NCBI GenBank assembly: GCA_943704425.1
Contig: CALSCP010002736.1
Span: 76,332-118,381, forward strand
DNA length: 42,050 nt
Reading direction: 5' to 3'
Source: Ministeria vibrans ATCC 50519
Taxonomy: Eukaryota; Protista; Filasterea
This document shows, piece after piece, positions 22,701 to 34,485 of the stretch (positions within the stretch are counted from its first letter, which is position 1; every line of letters begins with the position of its first letter). Made by a program: the position numbers and the translations under genes. The notes under the pieces were generated by a model. That model saw only the letters and a program-made list of their open reading frames with translations, did no database searches and had not been told where the DNA came from.

Positions 22701-25700
22701 GCTGATCGGACCGGAGTGACTTGTGAATCAACTGTGAACCAGTGCGCGTCGTCACCATGCGAGAATGGAGCCACATGCGAGGATGGCACGGACGCTTTTG
22801 TATGCATCTGTTTAGATGGCTATGAGGGAATCACATGCTCAAACGAGTTGCTTGAGTGTGCTTCGATGCCCTGTCTCAACGGAGGAACTTGTGTCGATGC
22901 GCTAAATGCATATTCATGTCTTTGTGCTGATGGTTTTGCTGGAGATACTTGTGAGAGCAATGTCGATGAGTGTGCTTCGACGCCCTGTCTTAACGGAGGA
23001 ACTTGTGTCGATGCGCTAAATGCATATTTCTGTCTTTGTGCTGACGGGTCTGCTGGAGTTACTTGTGAGAGCAATGTCGATGAGTGTGCTTCGATGCCCT
23101 GTCTCAACGGAGGAACTTGTGTCGATGCGCTAAATGCATATTCCTGTCTTTGTGCTGACGGGTTTGCTGGAGTACNNNNNNGTGAGTGTGCTTCGATGCC
23201 CTGTCTCAACGGAGGAACTTGTGTCGATGCGCTAAATGCATATTCCTGTCTTTGTGCTGACGGGTTTGCTGGAGTTACTTGTGAGAGCAATGTCGATGAG
23301 TGTGCTTCGATGCCCTGTCTCAACGGAGGAACTTGTGTCGATGCGCTAAATGCATATTCCTGTCTTTGTGCTGACGGGTTTGCTGGAGTTACTTGTGAGA
23401 GCAATGTCGATGAGTGTGCTTCGATGCCCTGTCTCAACGGAGGAACTTGTGTCGATGCGCTAAATGCATATTCCTGTCTTTGTGCTGACGGGTTTGCTGG
23501 AGTTACTTGTGAGAGCAATGTCGATGAGTGTGCTTCGATGCCTTGTGTAAATGGAGGAACGTGCGCAGACGGTGTCAACGGCTTTGCATGTGTGTGCACA
23601 AGCGCCTTTACCGGCGTTAACTGTGTCGATGATGTCGACGAGTGCGTATCATTTCCTTGTTCGAATGGAGCGACGTGTGTTGACAGCGCAGATGCGTTTT
23701 TTTGCTTGTGCGCTACTGGCTTTACCGGTACTCTATGCGAGATTGACATTGATGAGTGCTCCTCATCGCCTTGTCTCAACATGGGAACGTGTGTGGACGC
23801 GGTGGGTTCATTTTTGTGCTTGTGTCACTCTGGGTTTACTGGTACCCTGTGCGACAGTGAGGTGGATGAGTGTGCATCGATGCCGTGTCTTCATGGGGCT
23901 ACGTGCGTGGACGCAGTCGATGAGTATGCGTGTGTGTGCTCAGATTCGCACACTGGGGCCATGTGCGAGACTGTGTTGGATGGATGTGCGTCGTCGCCCT
24001 GTGCCAACTTTGGGACGTGTACCTCACTTGTTTCGGGGGGCTTTTCTTGTGCGTGTGTTGCTAGCTATGGTGGACCAGAGTGCACAACGCTACTCAACGC
24101 CAATTTGTGCGCAATGGCACTCCTGGACGGCGCTCAGGAAGAGTATTTGAACGGAGACACGGGTGCAGGTCCCTGCGCAGGCACCGGTGCTTATATTACC
24201 GTCGGGGCAGGCTCGCTTGCTGCTCCTACAGTAGTGCAGATGATTTTGGTGGATCCTCTTGATGCGTCGCTGAGTGCGGCACCGGCAGGCACAAGTTTGC
24301 GTGCGACTTCCTATGTGCGAGTAGAGCCAGCCGGATCAGTGTTTACCCTGCCCTTTGTCAAATTTCGATTGTCCGTCAGTGGCACGCTCAGCGCCGACGA
24401 GTGGTCTCGTCTTGTCATGTTTTCGTCCAGCGCTGGTGGAGATTTTGTCGAGGTGGCATCGACACGTCGTAACATCTCAGGGGGCTACATTGAAGGGGAG
24501 CTGCACCATCTGAGTGTCATGGTTGGCTTTGTGGGCACTCCTGCAAACGGTGAAGCTTCATCCAACCTGCCCATCTATGCTGGGGGTGGTGCTGTGTTGC
24601 TTGTAATTGTCATTGTAATCTGTCTGATCGCATTTGTGGTGCTCAAGCGACGGCGACGAACCCTAAAGTTTAGCGGGCTGCCTCGTGAGCGCCAGTCGTC
24701 GGCTTCGACGGATCTGGAAATGCGGTCGTTGGGGTCCCCTGAAGAGGACAGTGTTGCAATGAGCCAGACAATCAATCCTTTGGTATTTGGACGGCGTCGA
24801 GCGGGCTCGCAGCTTATTGCCGAGGGAGAAGAGGGCGCAGAGGAAAAGCGTGTCTTCCGCTTTAGTGGTGAACAGCGGGCGTTGCGAGGCGAGTCAGACG
24901 ATACTGACTCTCTTCGGCCCGCAAGTTATATGAATAGCATGAATGGGTCACGGAAGGAGAGCGAGAGCGAGACGAAACGCAATCTTGGCAATAGAGCTCT
25001 GTTGGCACAGGAAGAAAAAGACTATGCCATGCTGGCGGAGCCTTATGTAGGCATCTTGCCTACAACCGTGGAGCGGGACGGCGCACGCCATGCTTGGTCA
25101 CTGTCCCGGCCCGGGGACGAGGGTGCATCAAAGGTGTACTTGGATCTTGCGGATGAGATAGATGACGACAAGGACTATTTGCAGTACGAGTCGGGCTACA
25201 CCGAGGATTACAGTGGCTCGCACAGCTACGGGAACGCAGAGGGGAAAAACTATGAGAGCGGTGCTGAAAGGGATGTGACGTACGGAAACGCGCCACACAA
25301 GGACTACACACCAATCGAAATTTTGAACACAGCCGAGGATGAGAGACAGCGGCACCGAGGCGTGTTTAGTGGAGTGCTGGAGGGACCGACCGGCACCTGG
25401 GGCGGACTGGGTGACGACGACGATGACAAGGAGTGCCTCGACAACTGTCTGGTGGGCCACCAGTTTAGCCGTGCGTCGCTTGCCTTTGTCGCTGAAGTGG
25501 GCAAGGGCAACTTTGGCTTTGTCCTGAAGGCAACGTGCCGTCCCCTTAACGAGGGTGGCAGCACTTCTACGGTCGGGGTAAAGACACTCAATGCCAACGC
25601 CAGCGACAAGGACCGCACCGACTTTATTGAGGAAGCGTCTGTGCTTGCAGCGCTGCACCACCCAAACGTCCTGAGCCTCATGGGCGTGTGCATGGAGCGC

Positions 25701-26393
25701 GAGCCTTGGCTCATTGTTACTGCGTTTGCCGAATACGGCGACCTGCGCTCCTTCTTGCGCAAGGTCCACCAGACGCGCGAGAGCTTTTCGCTGCGCAAGT
25801 CGGAGCAATTGTTGATTGCACTGCACATTATTGAGGGCCTCAACTACATCCACAGCCAGGGATACATTCACCGTGATTTGGCGGCGCGAAATTGCCTTGT
25901 GTTCGACCAAGGGCTCATCAAAATTGCCGACTTTGGTCTTGCGGTGAAGACAGAGGGCAACGACACGGAGGTGAAGGTAGTGCGAGGGACACAGCTGCCG
26001 GTGCGTTGGACCGCAGTGGAGGTGTTGGTGAACGGATCGCATTGGTTCCCCAGCGACGTGTGGAGCTATGGCGTGATTGTGTGGGAGATATACACACAGG
26101 GAGTACAACGTCCGTTTGGCAAGGTGCCGACTCCTGGCGTGCCTACTCTGCTGACCGAGGGTGGACGTCTGACACGTCCTCCCAAGATCAGCAGTGCACT
26201 GTGGGCTATTGTGACGAGCTGCTGGGACGAATCGCCCGAGGGGCGCCCCTCGCCCGCGACATTGGCGCTCTTCCTCAAGGAGATGCATCGAAAAGCCGTC
26301 TCACACGAGGCCGAGACAGCACGCAACTTTCCCGTGTATCTGACTGCGTCCTCGCGCAAATCACTGGCGCCCCGTGGAGAGTCTGACATGTAG
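16701..26393 (+). CDS. Receptor tyrosine kinase of about 3000 aa: signal peptide, 2 Gly-rich modules, receptor-L-like solenoid, about 25-30 EGF repeats, 2 Sushi/CCP, ZU5-like domain, TM, Tyr-rich juxtamembrane region, TK domain
   Basis: Exon 1 (16701-16812, signal peptide) joins in phase 1 to the acceptor at 17425. ORFs 17368-19626 and 19620-26393 become one frame once the gap-flanking duplication is removed. TM IYAGGGAVLLVIVIVICLIAFVVL-KRRRR. Kinase motifs GKGNFG, VGVK, HRDLAARN, DFG, LPVRWTAVE, SDVWSYG. Confidence 0.88.
19494..19723. other. Assembly artefact: ~110-bp sequence duplicated on both sides of an N-gap
   Basis: GACGACTGTGTTGACTCGCG...GCGTCGATTCG occurs identically at 19494-19604 and 19613-19723, around Ns at 19606-19612. 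Confidence 0.85.
22854..23543 (+). repeat. Coding tandem repeat with a 114-bp unit (one calcium-binding EGF repeat); at least 6 near-identical copies, containing an N-gap
   Basis: The unit GAGTGTGCTTCGATGCCCTGTCTCAACGGAGGAACTTGTGTCGATGCGCTAAATGC... starts at 22854, 22968, 23082, 23184, 23298, 23412 and partially at 23526. Ns at 23176-23181. Confidence 0.93.
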
Positions 26394-26660
26394 TGTTATT
26401 TTTATTAAACAAACTATAATATGACGACTTTTTATTTAGTATTATTTTATAAGTATATTATTATTAAGACGTATTATTATTATTATATTCTTCTTTTTTT
26501 TCCTTCCGTTTAAAATTCAAAGTCAAACTTGCCCTTTTGAAACCTTTTTCAGTTTTTTTTAAAAAAAAAAAGAAGAATATCCCCATGATGATCGTTGATA
26601 TTTATTCCCACATGTTCTTGGCAAAGCATTGGTAGGTGCCCTCATCTTCCATCAATCACT

Positions 26661-26798
26661 GAACCACCTCTTTCCTCCAACGAAACTCCCCCCACCCCTA
26701 TGCGTTTGTGAAGCATGTTAAAGCCAAAGTCCCTTCATGTCACACTCAATAGAAACTTTTTTCTGATATCTTTTTTTTTGCACTCAAAAGTGGAACAA
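26661..26798 (+). pseudogene. Degenerate duplicate of the heparanase 3' end (last ~30 codons + start of the 3' UTR)
   Basis: 26726-26758 is identical to 16032-16064 (33 bp, AAAGTCCCTTCATGTCACACTCAATAGAAACTT). It encodes YAFVKHVKAKVPSCHTQ* versus YAFVELVNAKVPSCHTQ* in the gene. Looser similarity extends to 15954-16110. Confidence 0.85.
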
Positions 26799-26902
26799 AA
26801 CAAACACATAACGAGAGACGCAACACGCATAGACACGCACCACAAAGACACACACACACACACATTACGCACAAAAAGTTCAATCGAGAAAGAACGAGGC
26901 GT

Positions 26903-29900
26903 TTAGTAGACACGAAGGACAGGAGGCACATTAGCACACTCCTCCTCATCAAGAGTATGGTCAATCACACGACGGTACTTGAGAGTGGTCTTGCCCGACG
27001 CATCCTAAACAGACAATGGGTGCATATCAGCAACTCAATATACACTAATAAGCACACACAGACGCTAAGCACACACACTTGAGCACCACACGAAAGTTGT
27101 AATTTCATACCACCCAAGACATGGTGTGCTTGCGCCAGTGGTCGTCAAAGGCAACCTTCTTCTGGCCTTCGAGCGGCTTAGAGTAGTCGTACTCGTCGAC
27201 ACGGTCGGGGAAGTCCTCACGCGCATGTGCTCCGCGCGACTCTTTGCGAGCCTCGGCACTGTACAACGTGTGCTTGCTGTTGATCAGCAGGTTATCCAGC
27301 TCAAGACCCTCAATGAGGTCCGTGTTCCACACCACTCCCGTGTCCTTGACCGCCACGTTGCTCTGGAAGTCATCAAAGACGCTATCAATTTTCTCCACGC
27401 CCTCCTTGAGCACTCCCGCATCACGGAACACCGCCGCATTGTTCTGCATGATGCGCTGCATCCGCAGTCGCTGCGTCGCCACAAGCTCACCCGATGGGTT
27501 CTTCTCGCCACTGTAGCGCAGTTTGTCCACTCGCGCAATCGACTCTTCGCCACTCGCCTCTTTCAGAGATGGAACAGTCTCACTATGAGAGAAAGACAGA
27601 GAGGCACATTTCTGTGAGCAAAAAAAAAATTGCACATCAAAGCATGGTGATACCCTGGTTGGTGTGTCGACGCAATGTGGTTGGCACAGGCACGACCAAA
27701 GACAACAAGATCAAGCAGCGAGTTGGCGCCAAGACGGTTTGCGCCGTGCACGCTCGCACAGGCAGCTAGAGCCATAGAGTTGAGAACGATCGCATCAAGA
27801 GCTAAGATGTACCTTCTCCGGCGGCATAGAGACCAGGCACAATGACATCCTCTCCGTTGGGGCCCAGCGTGAGTGCCTGACCCTGGTAGTTGGTCGGGAT
27901 GCCGCCCATGTTGTAATGCACAGTCGGCAGAACGGGAATCGGCTCCTTCGTCACATCTACAGCGTGATGATAATGATTAAGATGGACTACTGTGTATGTA
28001 TATATAATTATATAATTATATGTGTAAATCGTGACGTACCAACACCAGCAAAAATCATTGCCGTCTCGCTGATACCAGGAAGACGCTCGGCGAGAATCTC
28101 AGCGGGAAGATGCGACAGCTGCAGGTACACGTGATCCTTATCGGCACCCACACCACGACCCTCGCGAATCTAAGTACGTGTTAGCGCAAAAGTGTGCGTA
28201 TTATTAAAAAAGGTATGTAAGTATTTGTGTTTGTGTGTTTGTGTGTTTGTGTTTGTGTGTGTGTGTGTGTGTTTGTTTGTGTGTGTATGTGTGTGTGTGT
28301 GTGTCCTTGTGTGTGTGTCCTTGTGTGTAGTACCTCAATGGTCGATGCACGCGAGACGACATCGCGCGAAGCAAGGTCCTTTGCAGTGGGTGCATAGCGT
28401 TCCATGTAGCGCTCGCCTTCGCTGTTGAGCAGATAACCGCCTTCGCCGCGCGAGCCCTCGGTGATCAGACAGCCGGCGCCGTAAATGCCAGTCGGGTGAA
28501 ACTGCAAGTGAATCAATAAGTCAATTTGTAAAGAGAGATATATAGATCTTACTTGAACAAACTCACAGTCTTCACTGGGCAGACCCGCACGAGATGTCAT
28601 GGCAGTGCCATCGCCAGTGCACGTATGAGCACTAGTGCAGCCTATGCAAGAAGGAAGACAAAAGTCAGCTCCAGCATTCATACCACACACACCTTCCCAC
28701 CCTCTATTTCTATTTTCTACTCATTCTTTCTCCCTCCTTATTTCTTCTCCCTCTCTATTTCTACTCAATCTTATTTCTTCCCCCCCTCTATTTCTTCTCA
28801 ATCTATTTCTTCGCAATCTCTATTTGTTTCTCTCTCCATCACTTTGTTTCTCTCCCTGTCACTATGATTCCTCTCTAACCTCTCCCTGTAACCTCTCTCC
28901 CTCCTCCTCCTCCTCCTCCTCCTCTCTCTCTCTCTCTCTCTCAAACTCTCTCTCTCTCTCTCTTTCTCAAACTCTCTCTCTCAAACTCTCTCAAACTCTC
29001 TCTCTCTCAAACTCTCTCAAACTCTCTCAAACTCTCTCAAACTCTATTTCTCAATCGTACTAAAGTAAGCGCGGCCATAACCGCCCGTGGCCATAATGGT
29101 GTTTTTAGAGGCGAATCGGTGAATGGCACCCGTCTCCATGTCCATGGCAATAACACCCACACACGCGCCAGTCGTGTCCATCACAAGATCAAGTGCAAAG
29201 TACTCGATGAAGTAGTCCGTGTTGAATGACAGTGACTTGCCATCTATCATTCACACACACACACACACACACACAGTGTCAGTACATCTAAAAATCACTC
29301 AATGTTATTTTTGTGTTTTAGTACAAAGTGTGTGAAGCAGTGAGTGGCCCGTGCGGTCCGCAACAGCACAGCATCGTTGCGCTTGTCCTGTTGAAAACAG
29401 ACAAGCAAAAAAAAAAATGTAAGACACACACTCGATACTACTACCTCGCTCTCTAGTGCTTTGTTTCTTTTTCACTTCCTCCTGTCTCTCAAACTCTCTC
29501 ACGCTCTCTATTTTGGTCCCTACCGCCCTTTCCGTAGTTGAGCGATTGGCCACCAAAGGGTCGTTGGTAAATAGTGCCATTCTCAGTGCGCGAAAATGGC
29601 ATTCCAGCGTGCTACACGCAACAACCAGATTAGCACACAAAACTAGAACACCCCATCTGCACACTCACCTCAAGCTCAATGACCGCCTGGGGAGCCTCTC
29701 GTGTCATGTAGTGGATCGCATCCTGGTCTCCCAGCCAATCTGAACCCTTCACCGTGTCGTACCTGGCACAAGAAACAAGTGAATCAGCACACACACACAC
29801 ACCCCCCCCCCCCCCCCCCCCACATTGCGCTTGCGTACATATGCCATCGCCAGTCGTCCTCGGTCATGTTGCCCAGAGCAGCGTTGATTCCGCCCTGAGC

Positions 29901-30708
29901 CGCAACCTAGAGACACACACCACAAGATGTCAGCGGACAGCGGCCGCAGACGGCTCCCTACCGTGTGTGAGCGCGTCGGAAACAGTTTGCTGATGCACGC
30001 CGTTTTGAATCCCTGGCTCGCCAGCCCGTATGCGGCACGCAGACCCGCACCGCCGGCACCCACCACAACCGCATCGTACTCGTGGTCAATCACGTCGTAG
30101 CCACCCATCTAATCAGCCACAGCAAACAGAGAGAAGACACATTAAGTAATTGAAGGAAAAAATTGACAGTGACTCCAAATCGCCAAACCTTCTTGTTCCC
30201 GGCGGTCGCCGACGCGTGCAAAGCACGTCGCTGCAGATTGAAATGGCACAGAGAGAACGATCGTCAGTGGATCACAGTGTGAGTTTTTTTTTTTTTTTTT
30301 TTTCGTGTAATGTGAAGTGCAAAATGAGCGCAAATTTTTGTCTCGACAATTTGACGAACAAACAGTCGCCGAAACAACGAACGACGCGCCAGATGGAGCT
30401 CGCTGTTTAACGGAGAGTCGTAGGAAAGGGCGCGGGCCGCTTGACAGCGGTGGAGGAGAGCGGGAGAGGAGAGACAAACTCATCAGCAAATATTGACAGC
30501 CAGGAGACACGCGTCAACGGGCTCTGGCTCAGTCTCCAATCAATCACCCCCCCAAAGGGTGTTCCTGAACAACAACTGGCTGAAAACGCGGCGCGGAAAG
30601 AGACGCGCGATCGTTTCCGCTGTTTGCGCCATCACACTCGCAATACACTGAATAGGCACGTACCGACGCGGGCTGTGCCAGCGCAATACGAGCAACAGAT
30701 CGAAGCAT
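26903..30708 (-). CDS. SDHA: Succinate dehydrogenase flavoprotein subunit, mitochondrial; about 14 exons
   Basis: Presequence [15 protein letters not shown]|[30 protein letters not shown], covalent-FAD motif PTRSHT|[62 protein letters not shown]-terminus PPVLRVY*. All introns GT-AG. Confidence 0.97.
28923..29046. repeat. Intronic (TC)nAAAC minisatellite
   Basis: Same unit as at 14904-15045, inside an SDHA intron. Confidence 0.9.
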
Positions 30709-30879
30709 GCCGAAAGATGAGAAAAAAGTGTTGAATAGTCAGAAGAGATAAGAAATTAAGAATTATTATCAATATGAGATCATTGAGATGGACTCATAAA
30801 TTTTAAAATTTACAGTTTATTTGTTTTCATTCGTCGTTGGCTTTCAGTTCTCACTGTTTTGCCCTTGTTTTTTACAACC
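30709..30879. promoter_or_regulatory. Probable bidirectional promoter (SDHA / VPS53)
   Basis: 171-bp AT-rich interval between divergent start codons. Confidence 0.55.
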
Positions 30880-32136
30880 ATGGCCGACACGGAGGAGTTT
30901 GTGGGCTCAGAGCCGGTCGTTTTCACCAAGGAAGTTGAAGCTGCCATCGCTCAGGTAAAATCCCTTCCCTGTGCCGTGCCAGCTCCTCCCGCTGCTCATA
31001 GCGCCACCCATAGGTTCTACCAAGCGATGACCCTCTAGACCAGGCGGATTTCAACGTGGTATGGCCATATTTTGAGAGCCAGAGTGACGAAAATATTTAT
31101 CGTTTTGTTTCTCTCTCTTTCTCTCTCTCTCTCTCTCGCTTCAGGTCGATTATATCAACACGATCTTCCCCACCGAACAGTCTCTCTCCACCATTGACGA
31201 CTCTGTCTCGAAATTGCGCCTACGCATTCGGTAAGAGTGTCTCTGCAACTCGAAAAACCAAATTCCATCTCAACCCAAAACTCGTCTCTTGCTCTCTCTC
31301 ACTCACTCACTCACACTCACACACTCACACTTCCCGCGTGTCAGTCGCCTCAACGCCGAAATCCGCTCGATTGTACACCGTCAAACCAATTCGGGCGACG
31401 AAGGGCGCAAGGTACGCCACCTGAGGAGCGCACGACGCACTAACACAACATTGTGCAGGCACTGCAAGATGCTCAAGCCGCCATCCACGATCTCTTTGCA
31501 CGCATCAATGAGATCAAAGACAAAGCCAACACCTCAGAGCAAATGGTCCAAGAAATCACGCGCGACATTAAGCAATTGGGTAAAGAACGAAACATGCAAT
31601 TTGATACTGATACGCATTACAATCCATCGTAGACTATGCAAAACGAAATCTCACCGCATCGATCACCACACTCAACCACCTTCACATGCTCGTTGGTGGA
31701 ATTGACTCTCTCAAGGTAAAACTGTGCACAAAAACGAAACAATAACAACTATTGTGTTTCAGCATTTGATCCACCGAAGAAACTACCGCGAAGCATCCAA
31801 TGTGCTCGATGCCTCCCTCAATGTGCTCGCTCAGTTTGACAAGTAGCAAAACAAAACCATGACTTATTGTGATGTGATGTGATCTGATCTGATCTGATCT
31901 GATCTGATCTGATCTGATCTGATGTGACCTGATGTGATCTTGTTTTGTCTGCATGATATTATATTTTATGAGACTGATTGTGTGTGTGTGGTAGGCACAA
32001 GGGCGGGCGACGCATCAGCGAATTGACTCGAGAAATGGACTATTTGAAGGGAGAACTGCGGAAGAACGTAGAGAAAGATTTTGATGAGGGACTAAACCAG
32101 AAAGGTACATAATTTTTATTTCCCATAACGTTTATG

Positions 32137-32201
<65 letters not shown>

Positions 32202-32947
32202 TTTATTATTATTTATAATAATAATCATTTGCAATAGGACTACCGTTGGTGTCGAATGCAATTCCGCAGCTGCATGCAGCGTTTGAGTGTGCGCGGGTGA
32301 TTGGCGATGGGTTTGAGGAGAAGCTCATTCAACGCTTCATCAAAAAACGCCTGCACGACTATCCCGTGCTCTTTGACAATGATCTCGAACCCGCTGAACT
32401 CGCAAAGGTATGAGTTTTGTATGATACACCGTATATTGGTGGGGAGGTTGACATACGACTTCAATGCGCAATACCAATGTATAACCCTAACCCGAGTGCT
32501 AAATATCCCAATCTTTTGACTGTCATTTTCGTCTTTTCTCTCCTGTGTCCTATACTGACCAATACTTCCTCTCAAATGGCCATTCCACCTCTCAGGTTGA
32601 CCGTCGCTACAGCTGGTTCCGTCGTAACATTGCTGAGTTTGACAAGGAGTGTGAGGGTCTTTTCCCCCAGTAACAACTTCACACACACACATAAAAGCGT
32701 TCAATTCTCATGTTTTCTTTCTCTCTCACTTCTCTCTCCTTCTCTCGCTCACTTTCTCTTTTTCTGTTTAGGTCTTGGCAAATTGACAAACAGATTGCGC
32801 TCGAATTCTGCAAACAGACCAAGAGTGGTTTGGTCGCACAATTTGCGAAAAATCACGACACTCTTACAATTGAACTGCTTATTCACGTTCTGGGGAAAAC
32901 ACATGGTAAAAATAGATACCGGCACAAAGAGATATAGAGGGACAGTA

Positions 32948-33034
<87 letters not shown>

Positions 33035-34397
33035 CTATCTGACTATGTAACGGTTCCTCTCTCTCAAACTTTCTCAAACATGCTCAACACTCTCTTTTCT
33101 TTCGTTTTAGCGTTTGAGGAGTTTTTGATGAGCCGATTCATTGAGGTAAGATAGTAATGAGTCTATTTATTTTATTTCTCTTATCTGATATGAAATGATT
33201 TGTAGAAGGAAATTGAAGGAAGTGAAGAAGTGAGCGCTGAGAAGGACACGCACGAGTTCAGGTCGGACGAGCCGCTGAGCGAAGCAGACCAAATCCGGAT
33301 GAAGTACGCCAAGTTCCGGGAAGAGCGCAAGGCAGAAGAAAGCAGTGGTGGAAGTGGCGGAGGTGGTGCGGTGCGCAAGATGCGGCGGAGAGCAGAGAGT
33401 CCTTTCAAGGGGATCATTTCGCAGTGTTGTGGACCATACATGGGAGTGTATGTCGAGGGCAAGGTACTGTGCTGTTGTCGTGGTCTGTGTTTTATCTAAT
33501 TTGTTGTAGAATAGTATCAGTCAATTTTATATGATTTTTGATGGTGTCTTCTTACCTGACTTTTTTTTCTAATTTTTTTGTAGGCTGAGGCACTTGAGAA
33601 CCTATTTTCAACCTTTACAACGTCTTTCAGTCGCGACGACGGACGCGTTTCCAAAGTGCTTCCGTCGTGTGCCGATCTCTTCTACTTTTACAAGAACAGT
33701 CTTGTGCAGTGCGCGTCACTCTCTACAAAGGTAAAATAGTAGAGATTGTCAGCAAACTGGTCCTTTTTTTGGCTGATTGTATCATTGCATGGCATGTAGG
33801 AACCGCTCTTTCAACTGTCCACGCGTGTCTTTGCGCGGTTCCTCACGGAGTATGGTCAACGGGCTTTGCTTGGCGTTCTTCCTCAGTCCTCATCGTCGTC
33901 TGCCGCTGACAAGAGCAGTGGCAATGCGAGTGTTGTTCTGTCCAGTGAGTCAATTCGATTGATCTGTGGCATTTTGAATACCGCTGAGTACTGTCAGGAC
34001 ACAACACGTCAAGTAACAACATTTTTGCCATTTTGTTTTTTGGTTTCGTACTCACACAGTTTCTTGGATGTGTAGTTGGAGGGAAAGATCAAAGAGAAGA
34101 TTGACCCCGAATTCGAAGAGCGTGTTTCATTCGCAGACCAAATTGATCTTTTTGCAGAGTAAGTGTAAAAGACAAGCATTACCCTCATTATTATTTGTAT
34201 TATTATTATTATTATTAATTTTATTATTATTATTTTCTTAGGATTATGTCAACATGTGTGCAGACTCTGGTCAGAGGACTCAACCAGAGTGTAGAAAACG
34301 CATTCACGGTCATGCACAAAGTAATAACACTCTCGCTCATTCTTTTTCATACGCTCACACATACATTTTTATTCTCTTTCCCTTATTTCTTTCTCCC

Positions 34398-34485
<88 letters not shown>

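Noticed and set aside
22854-23543. CRISPR-like regular repeat
   Set aside because: There are no unique spacers; it is a coding tandem EGF repeat in a eukaryotic gene.
25128-26288. Long antisense ORFs (386 aa here; also 22820-23782, 12919-13695, 35707-36540, 38900-39709)
   Set aside because: Shadow frames of GC-rich or repetitive coding sequence with no recognisable motifs.
30640-30660. Iron-responsive-element-like CAGTGT near the SDHA 5' end
   Set aside because: It lies inside intron 1 and the flanks do not form the IRE stem.
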